In this document: one piece after another, positions 1-9,700 of the stretch
How the letters are laid out: every line of letters begins with the position of its first letter
How positions within the stretch are numbered: the stretch's first letter is position 1
IMG/VR virus record: IMGVR_UViG_3300032770_000001
Span: 186,001-250,000 of that record
Direction: 5' to 3' (one strand)
Length of the DNA: 64,000 nt
Notes under the pieces: model-generated
Told to the model about the DNA's origin: nothing
What the model saw: the letters and a program-made list of their open reading frames with translations, nothing else
Databases searched by the model: none
Translations under genes and position numbers: made by a program

Positions 1-2
1 CA

Positions 3-161
3 ACTAGAAACATCGTTGACGCCTGCCGACCATGCAATACTCTCAAGGGCTGCCTTACGCTAGAAGAATTTCGTCTCGTAATTGCGTTCCAAAAGGGTTT
101 GGTCAAACCTGCGAAGATGTTGTTCCCCGGCGAGCTTGCAAGAAAACTTGCGAACGATTGA
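3..161 (+). CDS. HNH endonuclease, C-terminal fragment (5' partial)
   Basis: Frame 3 reads TRNIVDACRPCNTLKGCLTLEEFR..., the NxVxACxxCNxxKG..TLEEF end of HNH nucleases; stop TGA 159-161. Not in the ORF track. Confidence 0.7.
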   Translation, partial: TRNIVDACRPCNTLKGCLTLEEFRLVIAFQKGLVKPAKMLFPGELARKLAND

Positions 162-212
162 AACAAATCAGCTACAAGAATCACTATTGAGTAGACCTCA
201 TTTGGAGGCTTC

Positions 213-500
213 GTGGGAATTCAGCAAGTCGTTCCTTTCAGCATCATTCTTGTCGGCGACGGAGTTACGACCACATTCAAATACACTCCAAGCCAACTCT
301 TCGCAGTCAACTTCGCAGGTCCGAATTACCGCACAATCTATAGTGCAGCAACTCCCAGTGCGGTGACCGCTATGAGCAGCACTCTCGGTCACGTGACGGC
401 ATCGCTTTCAAGCGGAAAGATTCAACTCATCTTCAGCACGCCGCCGCCAAATGGGTTGCAGGCTGAAGTTAACATCAATCTGTTCTTCGTAAGTCAGTAA
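213..500 (+). CDS. small putative virion protein, stand-alone IQQ/GDG domain
   Basis: GGAGG RBS before GTG; MGIQQV...GDGVTTTF is paralogous to the N-termini of 528, 894-2000 and 3473-6298. Confidence 0.7.
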   Translation: MGIQQVVPFSIILVGDGVTTTFKYTPSQLFAVNFAGPNYRTIYSAATPSAVTAMSSTLGHVTASLSSGKIQLIFSTPPPNGLQAEVNINLFFVSQ

Positions 501-527
501 AGATAAAAAGAAAGGTGCCCGACTCAC

Positions 528-893
528 ATGGCGATTTACATTCAGCAGAGCATTGAGCTTGGACTTTTTGGGGATGGTCTTGCTACGACCTTTTCCTATG
601 ATTTCAACAAAGCCCCGATTACTGCGGATTCAGACGGGGTTGCTTTAGCGGTAGGAAGCCCATCTTCACTCGGACCTGTGGTCTGGGTTGCCACGCCGCA
701 GGTTGGGATTGATGGACAGGGAAATGCCATCTACGATGAACCGAGCATCAATGCTCAGATCAACGGCACTATCGTGAGTTTTACTTTCGGTTCCGCTCTT
801 AAAGCTTACGGATCGATCTTCACGGATGGAAATAGCAATCCGTGGCAAATTGGGCCGTACATTCTCGACGTTGCGTTCAACTACAATGGGTAA
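528..893 (+). CDS. small putative virion protein, stand-alone IQQ/GDG domain
   Basis: AAAGGTG RBS; MAIYIQQ...GDGLATTFSY; beta-rich. Confidence 0.7.
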   Translation: MAIYIQQSIELGLFGDGLATTFSYDFNKAPITADSDGVALAVGSPSSLGPVVWVATPQVGIDGQGNAIYDEPSINAQINGTIVSFTFGSALKAYGSIFTDGNSNPWQIGPYILDVAFNYNG

Positions 894-2000
894 TTAGAAG
901 TTCGAAGTCTGCTTCACAGCGATAACTGTTATGTGCGTTGTGGTTGAGGCGCTCGTGGTTAACGTCCACGCTGTGTTCGCGGTCGTCGCCGGAAGCGGCG
1001 GATCGAAGTCCATGTTAAGGAACTGACATCCTACCGCAGCGTCAACGTTCATATCGAAGATGTATGACACTGTTCCATCGGAAAGCGTCATAGTCAAAGC
1101 CGCTGCCGTTGCTGAGGAAGCAACGGAGATATTCAAGTCCGTGATGTCAGCAAAAACTCCCGCGCCCTGCGCTGCCAGAATCGTTTTAGCGCCTGTGGTA
1201 GTGCTCGTAGTTGACTGCGTTACGATCTGACTGCGGCGGTACTCCTGCACAACTAGGTTGCCGTTGGGAGAACACTGGATCGGTGTTTGACTGCCGTTCG
1301 TGGGTGTGGGAGACGTGGTGCTGAACGTTGTCACCGCCCCGGCACTGACCAAACCGTTCGACGCAGTAGCCAAGCTGTTCATGCTGACAGCGGCCTGAGG
1401 ACTGGTTCCCGTGAGAACGCTGCTGAGACGTGCACGGAAATAGGAATACCCCGTAACCGTGAATGTGATGAGTGTGCTGCCTGCGGCAACTGCCCATGAG
1501 GAGATTGGTTGGAAGTTCGCCGGAATGGTGCCTGTAATTGTGAACCAATTCGTATTGTCCGGCGATGCTTCAAAGACAATGGCCCCGCCCGTGACTGTTC
1601 CACTCGCGATGATCGGCACTACTACGGTTCCTGATCCGCTGAGGGCGATACTGATCGTGGTGTTGGCAGCCGTTCCGCTAGTCCATGTCGCAGTCGCACC
1701 GGAGAGGCTGGCTGAACCATTGAAGAGCAGATCGCACCAGATCGAGATGACCTGACCGTTTGCGGGTGCGCTGTTGAACGTGATCGTCAGATTTCCGAAA
1801 CTATCAACGGTAGCTGTTGCGTTGATGGGGGAACTTCCATCATTGTGAAAACTTGCACCGGACGGCACTGTATTCATGTTCAGGAGAGTGCCGACCTGCG
1901 TACTCGCCTGCATGAGTTTGTTGATGCCGAACGTAAAGGCGGTGGAGGAGCCGTCGCCTTGAATGGCTAAATTGATTGTGACGATTTGCTGGATTGACAT
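894..2000 (-). CDS. Ser/Thr-rich fibre/decoration-like virion protein (368 aa)
   Basis: IQQ/GDG N-domain; FEASPDNTNW...YFRAR module shared with the larger fibres; AAGGGG RBS. Confidence 0.7.
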   Translation of the reverse strand: MSIQQIVTINLAIQGDGSSTAFTFGINKLMQASTQVGTLLNMNTVPSGASFHNDGSSPINATATVDSFGNLTITFNSAPANGQVISIWCDLLFNGSASLSGATATWTSGTAANTTISIALSGSGTVVVPIIASGTVTGGAIVFEASPDNTNWFTITGTIPANFQPISSWAVAAGSTLITFTVTGYSYFRARLSSVLTGTSPQAAVSMNSLATASNGLVSAGAVTTFSTTSPTPTNGSQTPIQCSPNGNLVVQEYRRSQIVTQSTTSTTTGAKTILAAQGAGVFADITDLNISVASSATAAALTMTLSDGTVSYIFDMNVDAAVGCQFLNMDFDPPLPATTANTAWTLTTSASTTTHITVIAVKQTSNF

Positions 2001-2197
2001 TGTACCGCCCCTTTATAAAGGGGACGGGTAGTCCGTCGATGGAACCAGCAATGCATGTGGGGACATCGGGGGAAGCAACCCACGTCGATTGAATGCCTTG
2101 GAAACCCCAACCAAAGAGTGATGTAGAACTCAAAGCGACAGCAAAGCGGTATACGGGGTTGTTGCGGTCGAAAGCTGCTAAGGACGCTCACGAGCTA

Positions 2198-3454
2198 TTA
2201 TAGCTTTTTTCGGGGCATGAAGTAATACCAAATTCTTCCGGCACCCTTGCGGTGTCCGGGCAACAGTTCTTCTACCGCCTGAGTGACACCGGGAAAGTGT
2301 GGGTGTTCATAGTCATGTCCGCAGAGAAGTCCGCCCGGTTTGAGCAATGGTTTCCACGCCTTGATGTCAGCTTTGACACCCTCGTAGTTGTGTCCGGCGT
2401 CGATGAATACCATGTCGAACTTCTTCTTTTGCGTCTTCAGCTTTTTTGCAGCTTTGACAGAGCGCATCTTCATGGGAGTAAGGTTCTTTACTCCCTTCAT
2501 ATTCTTCATGAAGATTTCGAAGATTTTTGAACGGTCGAGATCGTTAGGTAATTGAGTGTCGGGTTCGCTTTCAAAGGACGCTTTGAAAGTATCAACAGCG
2601 ATAACTTTTCCCGGCGTGTTGTCAGCCAATGCACGAGTGCTGCGTCCTAAAAATGAACCGATTTCCACGATGGCTTTGTGTTTTTTAGCCATCCGAGCTA
2701 ACCACAAGAGTTCATCCAGTTCCATCCAGCCCGTGATCTTTGCGGCTTTCATAATTCGTTCATCGACTGAAGGTTCCGGCCATGCCGCGAGATTCGCTCC
2801 CTGACATGGGTAAGAATCAAGGGGCAAGGTGAAGCACGAGCCATCAATGTTCATGTGAACTGGAAGAACCCCACCATGTGCCATGATCTTAAACCCAGCA
2901 TCGGAAACTTTCTTGCAAAAGTACAGGTCATCAGTACCAGTTGCGCGGGTGACTTCACCATCCACAAAAACTTCATCGGGTTCATAGAACCACGGTTCGG
3001 GAATCTTGTCGAGGATGCTGGTGCGGATGAGCATACACCCGGTACCGATTCCCGCACATTCAAACACTTCACCGATTTTCCAACGGTAGAACGGGCCGCC
3101 TCCGAGAGTCTTGAAAACGATAGGAGCCGGGGGGTCTTCCTTGGTGCAGTAAATTCCACCTATTACGCCAATGTTGGGGTCTTTTTCCATTTCCGCGTGT
3201 AGCCAACGGATGGCAAAAGCGGGGATGGCGGTGTCATCATCGAGACAAAGAATAAATTCAGCGCCTATTTTCTTGGCTTCGTGGGCAAGGAAATTGCGGT
3301 TTTCAGCACGATCCGTTCCCTCTTTAACAAGCCAAGCGACTGACATCCCAACGGGGTAGGCTAGTCCGGTCAGGCTAATCGCCCATCGAATGTTCACCGG
3401 ACGTTTAGACGAGGGTACACAGATTGCAAGACCAGCTTTTGTGGGAAGAGCCAT
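2198..3454 (-). CDS. glycosyltransferase (GT-A/GT2-like) fused to class I SAM methyltransferase
   Basis: N-half CLDDD, GTGCMLIR, TDDLYFC; C-half VEIGSFLGRST, FDMVFIDAGHNYEGV, GGLLCGHDY (Methyltransf_24-like). Confidence 0.85.
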   Translation of the reverse strand: MALPTKAGLAICVPSSKRPVNIRWAISLTGLAYPVGMSVAWLVKEGTDRAENRNFLAHEAKKIGAEFILCLDDDTAIPAFAIRWLHAEMEKDPNIGVIGGIYCTKEDPPAPIVFKTLGGGPFYRWKIGEVFECAGIGTGCMLIRTSILDKIPEPWFYEPDEVFVDGEVTRATGTDDLYFCKKVSDAGFKIMAHGGVLPVHMNIDGSCFTLPLDSYPCQGANLAAWPEPSVDERIMKAAKITGWMELDELLWLARMAKKHKAIVEIGSFLGRSTRALADNTPGKVIAVDTFKASFESEPDTQLPNDLDRSKIFEIFMKNMKGVKNLTPMKMRSVKAAKKLKTQKKKFDMVFIDAGHNYEGVKADIKAWKPLLKPGGLLCGHDYEHPHFPGVTQAVEELLPGHRKGAGRIWYYFMPRKKL

Positions 3455-3472
3455 ACACTGTGTAATACTCGA

Positions 3473-6298
3473 TTATTCAAAGAAGAACACAGCGCAAACG
3501 CCCGTACCGCCAGCCGTGGTGTTCGAGGTTGAAGTTGCGTTAACCACAACCGTAATACCATTGCTGAAGTTCGCCAAAGCGTAAGAACCGGGCGAAATGT
3601 TCATCTGAGCACTGGTAGACGCACTGGACGGTGCCGGAATCGGGACCGAAAACAACCAAGTACCAGTGGTCAAACCAGTGGTCGTGCTGGTATTGAAGAA
3701 GTGAATGAACAACGTACCTGCCGACGTTGATGTCGTTTGCAAGCTGATTGCCTGCACGCCATACAAGCTACCAGCCGAGTTCTTGATAACCGCAGATGCC
3801 GTGCTGTTGATGTACTTGGCTGTCAGTGAGCCTTGCGATACGGTTACCGGGGCGTGCGCCGTCCAAATGACGTTTGCCGGAGCCGCACCGGAGTTGACCG
3901 CAGCATCCACTGAAGCTCCAGCGTTGCCGCTGATGCCAACTTTCTGAACACCGGACGCAGCCGTGACTACGGTTGTTCCGTTCACCGATGCGAGGTCCTG
4001 ACGCAAACCACCGCCAGTCGTCAGCGACAGGGCGTTGAACGTGGTTGTGCTATATGCTGGAGCCGCCGTTGTTACCCAGCCGCCCATTTGTGCAATAGTT
4101 GGAGGCTGCACTGTAGCAGCAACCAGACCCGTGAAGATCAGCGTGGGATCGTGGATTTCGTTAGCACGCAGGGTGCAGCTTGCCGTACCGCTGGTGAAGG
4201 CTGAAACGCGAACACGGTAGTTGGACGCACCAGCCGCACCGATGATTGAGAAACTGGTAGCGGTGTTGGCAGAACCGAACACAATGCTGGGGACTTTGTT
4301 TCCAGTATCAAAGTACGTGCTTGTCCATGTGGTGCCGCCGTCAAACGAGACTTCCGGTACGATGGTGCCGATCAGTGTCCCAGCCGCCAAGAAACCGCCC
4401 ACAGCCAAATAGCCGAAAGCGTTGATGGTTGCTGCGGCGTTGAGGGCATTCAGGGTTCCTGTGCTACCGACCAGATCAGCCAACGCCCCAGCCGAAGCTG
4501 TGATAGTTCCCGAATCTACAACAACGTGCAGGTTGCTGCCCGTCGCTTGTACGACTGTCGCATTAAGGTTCGCCGCAGTCGCTTGAGTAACGGTGTTTGT
4601 CCATGTGCCGGACTGAGTCGCAGCGACCGTTCCGGTGACTGTTGCGTTCAGGTTCGCTGCCGTCGCCTGAGACACTGTGACTGCGTTGGTGATGGTGGTT
4701 AGGGTTCCGATGTTCCAAGTGCCGCTTTGCGTGACTGCTGCGGTACCGCTGACCGCAACCGTGAAGGTGTCAACGCCCGTCGCTACGATTTGTGCACCAC
4801 GAGCCGTCATCTGAGCATCGACGGTCTGTCCGTTCGTTACCGTGGGCTGCGTAGTATTGAATGCCCCGCCGATTTTGACAGGGTTCCCTGCGTTCGACGC
4901 ACCGGAGGCGGAATCGCCAACCACTGTGACGGGGTTGGTGACCGTGGTCAAGGTTCCGATGTTCCATGTTCCGGATTGGGCTGCCTGAACAGCAAACGTA
5001 CCAGTGCCCACTACGGTAGCGTTCAGGTTGGATGCGGTCGCCTGCGTGACAGTGTTCGTCCACGTGCCAGATTGGGTGGTTGCGACCGTGCCTGTAATCG
5101 TTGTTGAAGCGAGGGTAACAGCCTGCGCAGATGGGAAAATGACGTTGAGTTGTCCGCTGGAATTTGTAGACAAGCCTCGAACGTTAGTACCGTCGTAGCC
5201 GAGCGCAATGGTGCCGAGTGCGGATGAGGATTGGGCACTGCCCATTGCAAACTGTGATCCGCCGCCGAAAGATGTGATCTGGTTACCGCTGGCATCCACG
5301 ATAGCCGTTGCCATTGCCTTGGAGTTCGTGAGCGAGAAGCCTGTGACGCCGACAAGGTTTCCGGCGATGTTTACGCCCGTGTAGCTTGCGGAGGCTGGAA
5401 CCGCCGAGCCTGTCGCCGAGGCTGCGGCGTTGCCACTAGAACCCGCTTTTACATTGACCAGCAAGTTGCCTGCGGAGTCCAATTGAAGTGGTGAGGCGTT
5501 ACCGGAAGTAATGGTAGTTGGGGTCGTATTGAATTGAGCCCCGATCAGAATCGCGTTTGCTGGGGACGATGCATTCTGTCCCGCGAAATCAAGCACCGCA
5601 CCGCCATTGCCGACGATACGCGAAGTCCAGTTGCCAGACTGAGTTGCTGCTATTGTTCCCGTGACCGGGAAAGTCCCACCCGTACCTGTTACTAACCAAG
5701 CGGTCGTATTCGCTGTGTTTCCCGGCTGAACCGTCCATGTACCGCTTTGCGTTGCCTGAACCGCGAATGTGCCTGTCCCAACAACCGTAGCGTTCAGGTT
5801 GGCTGCGGTTCCCTGTGCAACCGTGAAAGACCCGGTTCCAGCGTTCGCAGTAACGGTGCCGGAGACGGGCTGGGTGACTGCTGATCCATCCACCTTGAGT
5901 GCACCACCCGCTGAAATGCTAGCTTTGTTGGTGCCGCCACTATCAAGAAGCTGTGTCGCAGAAGAACCCACGACCGTAACGTTTGTGGTTTGCGTCGGCG
6001 ATGAAGAGGTAGACGAGCCGGATGCAAATGTCAGATCAAGTTGGAACGTGTAGACGTTGGCAGGTAGTGGCGATGTTGTCGTAAGCGTGATATTGCCGTT
6101 CGCATCCGTCGTCACGGACGTGACAGGAACCGGGGGGTTATTGGCAGAGATAGCAGTCGGGACTACACCCGCTCCACCGAATGGCACAGCAATGCCGTTG
6201 CTGAACTGATAGAGGTTCTGCAAGGCGAAGCTAAACGTTGAAGCTGCACCGTCACCTTTGAGGTTCAAATAAACCGATATTACCTGTTGAATTGCCAT
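3473..6298 (-). CDS. long Thr/Ser/Ala/Gly-rich fibre-like virion protein (941 aa)
   Basis: IQQ/GDG N-domain, repeated QATAANLNATV and TQSGTW motifs, beta-sandwich-like C-terminus. Confidence 0.75.
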   Translation of the reverse strand: MAIQQVISVYLNLKGDGAASTFSFALQNLYQFSNGIAVPFGGAGVVPTAISANNPPVPVTSVTTDANGNITLTTTSPLPANVYTFQLDLTFASGSSTSSSPTQTTNVTVVGSSATQLLDSGGTNKASISAGGALKVDGSAVTQPVSGTVTANAGTGSFTVAQGTAANLNATVVGTGTFAVQATQSGTWTVQPGNTANTTAWLVTGTGGTFPVTGTIAATQSGNWTSRIVGNGGAVLDFAGQNASSPANAILIGAQFNTTPTTITSGNASPLQLDSAGNLLVNVKAGSSGNAAASATGSAVPASASYTGVNIAGNLVGVTGFSLTNSKAMATAIVDASGNQITSFGGGSQFAMGSAQSSSALGTIALGYDGTNVRGLSTNSSGQLNVIFPSAQAVTLASTTITGTVATTQSGTWTNTVTQATASNLNATVVGTGTFAVQAAQSGTWNIGTLTTVTNPVTVVGDSASGASNAGNPVKIGGAFNTTQPTVTNGQTVDAQMTARGAQIVATGVDTFTVAVSGTAAVTQSGTWNIGTLTTITNAVTVSQATAANLNATVTGTVAATQSGTWTNTVTQATAANLNATVVQATGSNLHVVVDSGTITASAGALADLVGSTGTLNALNAAATINAFGYLAVGGFLAAGTLIGTIVPEVSFDGGTTWTSTYFDTGNKVPSIVFGSANTATSFSIIGAAGASNYRVRVSAFTSGTASCTLRANEIHDPTLIFTGLVAATVQPPTIAQMGGWVTTAAPAYSTTTFNALSLTTGGGLRQDLASVNGTTVVTAASGVQKVGISGNAGASVDAAVNSGAAPANVIWTAHAPVTVSQGSLTAKYINSTASAVIKNSAGSLYGVQAISLQTTSTSAGTLFIHFFNTSTTTGLTTGTWLFSVPIPAPSSASTSAQMNISPGSYALANFSNGITVVVNATSTSNTTAGGTGVCAVFFFE

Positions 6299-6301
6299 CT
6301 G

Positions 6302-6745
6302 TTATTTCCCGCTTGCCGCAGCCATCGAAACTTCTTTCCATTTACGAAGATAGTCAATGGCGCTTTGTAAAATTTCTAAGTTATCTACCGCAAAACCAAT
6401 CATCCTGTTGCATCTCCGGCAAAGAAGCTGCCGAATTCTGCCCGTAGCATGGTCATGATCCACGTTTGGGTCTAACATTGGATCGTTGCATATTGCACAG
6501 CGACCTTGCTGCTCAATTATCATGCGGTCGAACTCTCCGGACTCGAAAGCATATTTCCAGTTCTTGCTCATTGTGGCTTTACAAGCTTTGCAAGCGTTCT
6601 GTAGGCCATCCTTCATGTGGCGATTTCTGTTAAAATTCTCTTCCACAGAAAGCAGTCGTGTACATGAAGAGCATCTTTTTAGTCCATTAGCAGACTGTGC
6701 TTCGCCCCTTACGGCTCTTTTATCTGTTTGCTTATTTAGACTCAT
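6302..6745 (-). CDS. endonuclease VII-family HNH (probable free-standing homing endonuclease)
   Basis: CSSC...CKAC zinc motif, then QQGRCAIC, VDHDHATGRIRQLLCRRCN, AIDYL; ATG 6745 overlaps the upstream TGA. Confidence 0.85.
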   Translation of the reverse strand: MSLNKQTDKRAVRGEAQSANGLKRCSSCTRLLSVEENFNRNRHMKDGLQNACKACKATMSKNWKYAFESGEFDRMIIEQQGRCAICNDPMLDPNVDHDHATGRIRQLLCRRCNRMIGFAVDNLEILQSAIDYLRKWKEVSMAAASGK

Positions 6746-9700
6746 TCTTCCGTCCACTCCACCCAGCAATCCCCTACCGGGGTTGTGCCTACCGCGCTGA
6801 GGCGAATACCAGCAAATTCACCTGTACCGCGAAGCACCAATCCTTGCTCGTTGTTGTCTCCGAATTTCCATTCGATTTCACCCGGTTGAACGCTGACCGC
6901 AGCGGTGACAATTTCGAAGCGTTTGGAGTTCAAGATACCCGCTGAAGTCGCCGTTGTTGCTGCCGCCGACCACTGGTTGACCACAGCCGTCTGTGCTGCA
7001 TTGTTGGAGTCCAGTTTCGCAACGTTTGCAGCTTGTGAGTTCGGCGTGCCGCCCGTCAGAGCCGAATAACGAAGCAACTGGATATCGCAAATCGTACCAG
7101 TCGCAGCCGATGCACTGAAGACGATGCGCGTGATGCGGATTGTCTTAGTTGCACTTCCCGTAATAGAGACTGTGGGTGCAGTTGCCGAAGCAATTGGCGT
7201 GAAGGCAACAATACCTACGCGGTAAGTCTGCTTACGACCTTCTTGGTTGACGTACAGACCACCTGTCGAGTCCACCTGAATTGCCACTGTTTGTGCAGCG
7301 GTCGGGGCCGGGATGGTGGTGTTGTACTGACCCAAAATTGCGAGGGCGTTAGTTGGCGCTGTACCTGCCGCGACCGTCCCATCGAGTGTCGCACCCGCGT
7401 TTCCAACGATTCGAGAAGTCCAGTTGCCGGATTGCGCAGCTTGCACGGCGAAGGTTCCGGTGCCAACCACAGTCGCATTCAAGTTCGCAGCAGTTGCCTG
7501 CGAGACAGTGACGGCGTTCGTGATGCTCGTCAACGTGCCGCTGTCGAGCACAGTATGTAGGTTGGTTCCGGTCGCTTGAGCGACTGTAACGGTGCCCGTG
7601 ACGGCAGTTGTGCTGCCGGAGTCTGCGATGACGTGTAGTTGACCCGTGGTACTCGTCAAGAGCGCACGAAGGTTCGTACCATCCGTGCCGCCGATCATCA
7701 ATGCGTTGGCAGGAACCGCAGCGCCCGTGGCTCCATCAACTGCCACACCAGTATGACCTGCGATACCGACCAAAGCCTGACCAGCGGTCCCAGTCGTGGT
7801 GAGTGCTGTTGTGCCGATATAGAGCGAGGCGTTGACAGGCAATGAACCCGCAACTGCACCCGGCCCTGTGCCGAATGTGCCGGATGGAACTGATTGGGTT
7901 CCGACAAAGATTGAAGCATTGACACCCTGTACGCTGCCTGTGGGGGCGGAACCGAAAGTGCTCGGTACTGCCGTGAGTGCTGTACCAGCCACGGAAGTAT
8001 GGTCAGTACGAACTGCACCCACCGTATTGAATGAGAACGTGTTCTGCGTTGCCGTCACGTAGGTTGGGTTGGCGGTCGTGACTTGACCACCGACCTGAAT
8101 CATGTTGGCAGGCTGCGAGCCGCCGATAGCGGCATCGAGCACTGCTCCAGTGTTACCTACGATGCGGGTTGTCCAGTTACCACTCTGGGTGACCGCAGCG
8201 GTGCCCGTGACTGAAATTGGCAGCGGGTTGCTGCTTGATACTCCGACGAGATTCCCACTGGAGTTGAAGCCGACGTAATCGGCATAGCTGGGAACCGGAC
8301 TGCCTGTAGCTCCGTTAGAGGCGGCAGTAAATGTGCCGCTGACGGAATTGACGTTGACTTTAAGAATACCGTTAACGTCGGTCTGGAGAGGCACCATTGT
8401 GCCATCCGTATAGGTCGGCGGGGTGAGGTTGTATTCTGCTCCGATTGCCGTACCGATGCCGGGGAATGCTGAACCAAAGTTCGAGGATGTACCGCCGCTC
8501 GCACCCGTTGCAACGATCTTTAGGTTGCCGTTAACGTCGAACTGGAATGGCCCTGTCTGACCGTTGGTAAATGTTGGAGCAACGGTATTGTAGACACCAC
8601 CGACAATCGATGTGCTTGCAGGAGCCGTACCCGGCGTCGTGCCAGTCATGTCGGAAGCGTCTTTCGTATTGAAGGTGCCCGTCCCAGCGTTTGCCGTCAC
8701 AGTTCCGATGGCGTTTGAGCCTGCCGGAAGTGGCGTGTTCGGGCTGAGAGCAACGACCAAAGATGTGTCGGTTGTTTGTGCTGCTGTGGATACATCCTTG
8801 ACCGTGGCTTTGCGCCAATAGTATTGCCCATCCGAGATAGCTTGGTTATTGCGAGCCGTGTCACCGAGTCCGCAACCATCGACATGCAACTCTCCGGATG
8901 TGCCATTGGAGATGTTGATCGCGGTCATGTGCATCGTGCGATTGTTCGGCCCGAATGTCGCATTCGGTAAACTGGCTACGATGTTTTCCGCACGGTCGAT
9001 AGCCCAGAACGCGGTTCCCACATTCCACCACAAGTAGTAGATGTGGACATTCCCATCCATAGGCTGTACGTTAGTGCCGGAGGGAGAAAGGTCTGCAATT
9101 TGACTACGTGTAGTGCTGGTGCCGCTGTTACCGGAATACAAGACAGCGTACAGGTTACCGTCGATACCGATTTCCCAACCGATACCATCGAGAACAGGCG
9201 TTGTCAGCGTCGGTGTCGCGAGCGTGTTGCCCAGACCCCAGAAACGATAGCTGTTAGTGGTGATCGGGTTATCCAGCACAACCCCCCACGTCATGCGCAA
9301 ATGCGTTGGAGACAGGAGTGGGAAGAGTGCTTGACTTTGCAATAAGCTGTAACCATTGACGGTTGTTCCCGGTACAAGGCTGGTAAAGCGGATATCAATG
9401 CCGCCCGATGTCGGATTGCTGCCCCCACTGCCGGAGCCTACATTCCAACGGTTTGTGGTATCAAGCCCATTGCCGAAGAAGTCACTGAACAGTTGGCTAG
9501 CTTCTTGAGTAATGTTGAGTGCATTGAATGGAGAAACAGTTGCCGCAACGTCGTTAGTGCGGTACGGTCCGCTGAGTGAGAACGGCATCGGCTCATCGAA
9601 CGAATTGGTGACTTCAAGACGATCTACATCGTTGAACCAAATCCAATCAATCGATATGGTCGTGCTTCCGGATGGGATGCCCGTATTTTGAATGTAAGCA

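Noticed and set aside
82-366. 94-aa + strand ORF from the track
   Set aside because: Overlaps the better-supported HNH fragment (3-161) and the 213-500 gene in other frames.
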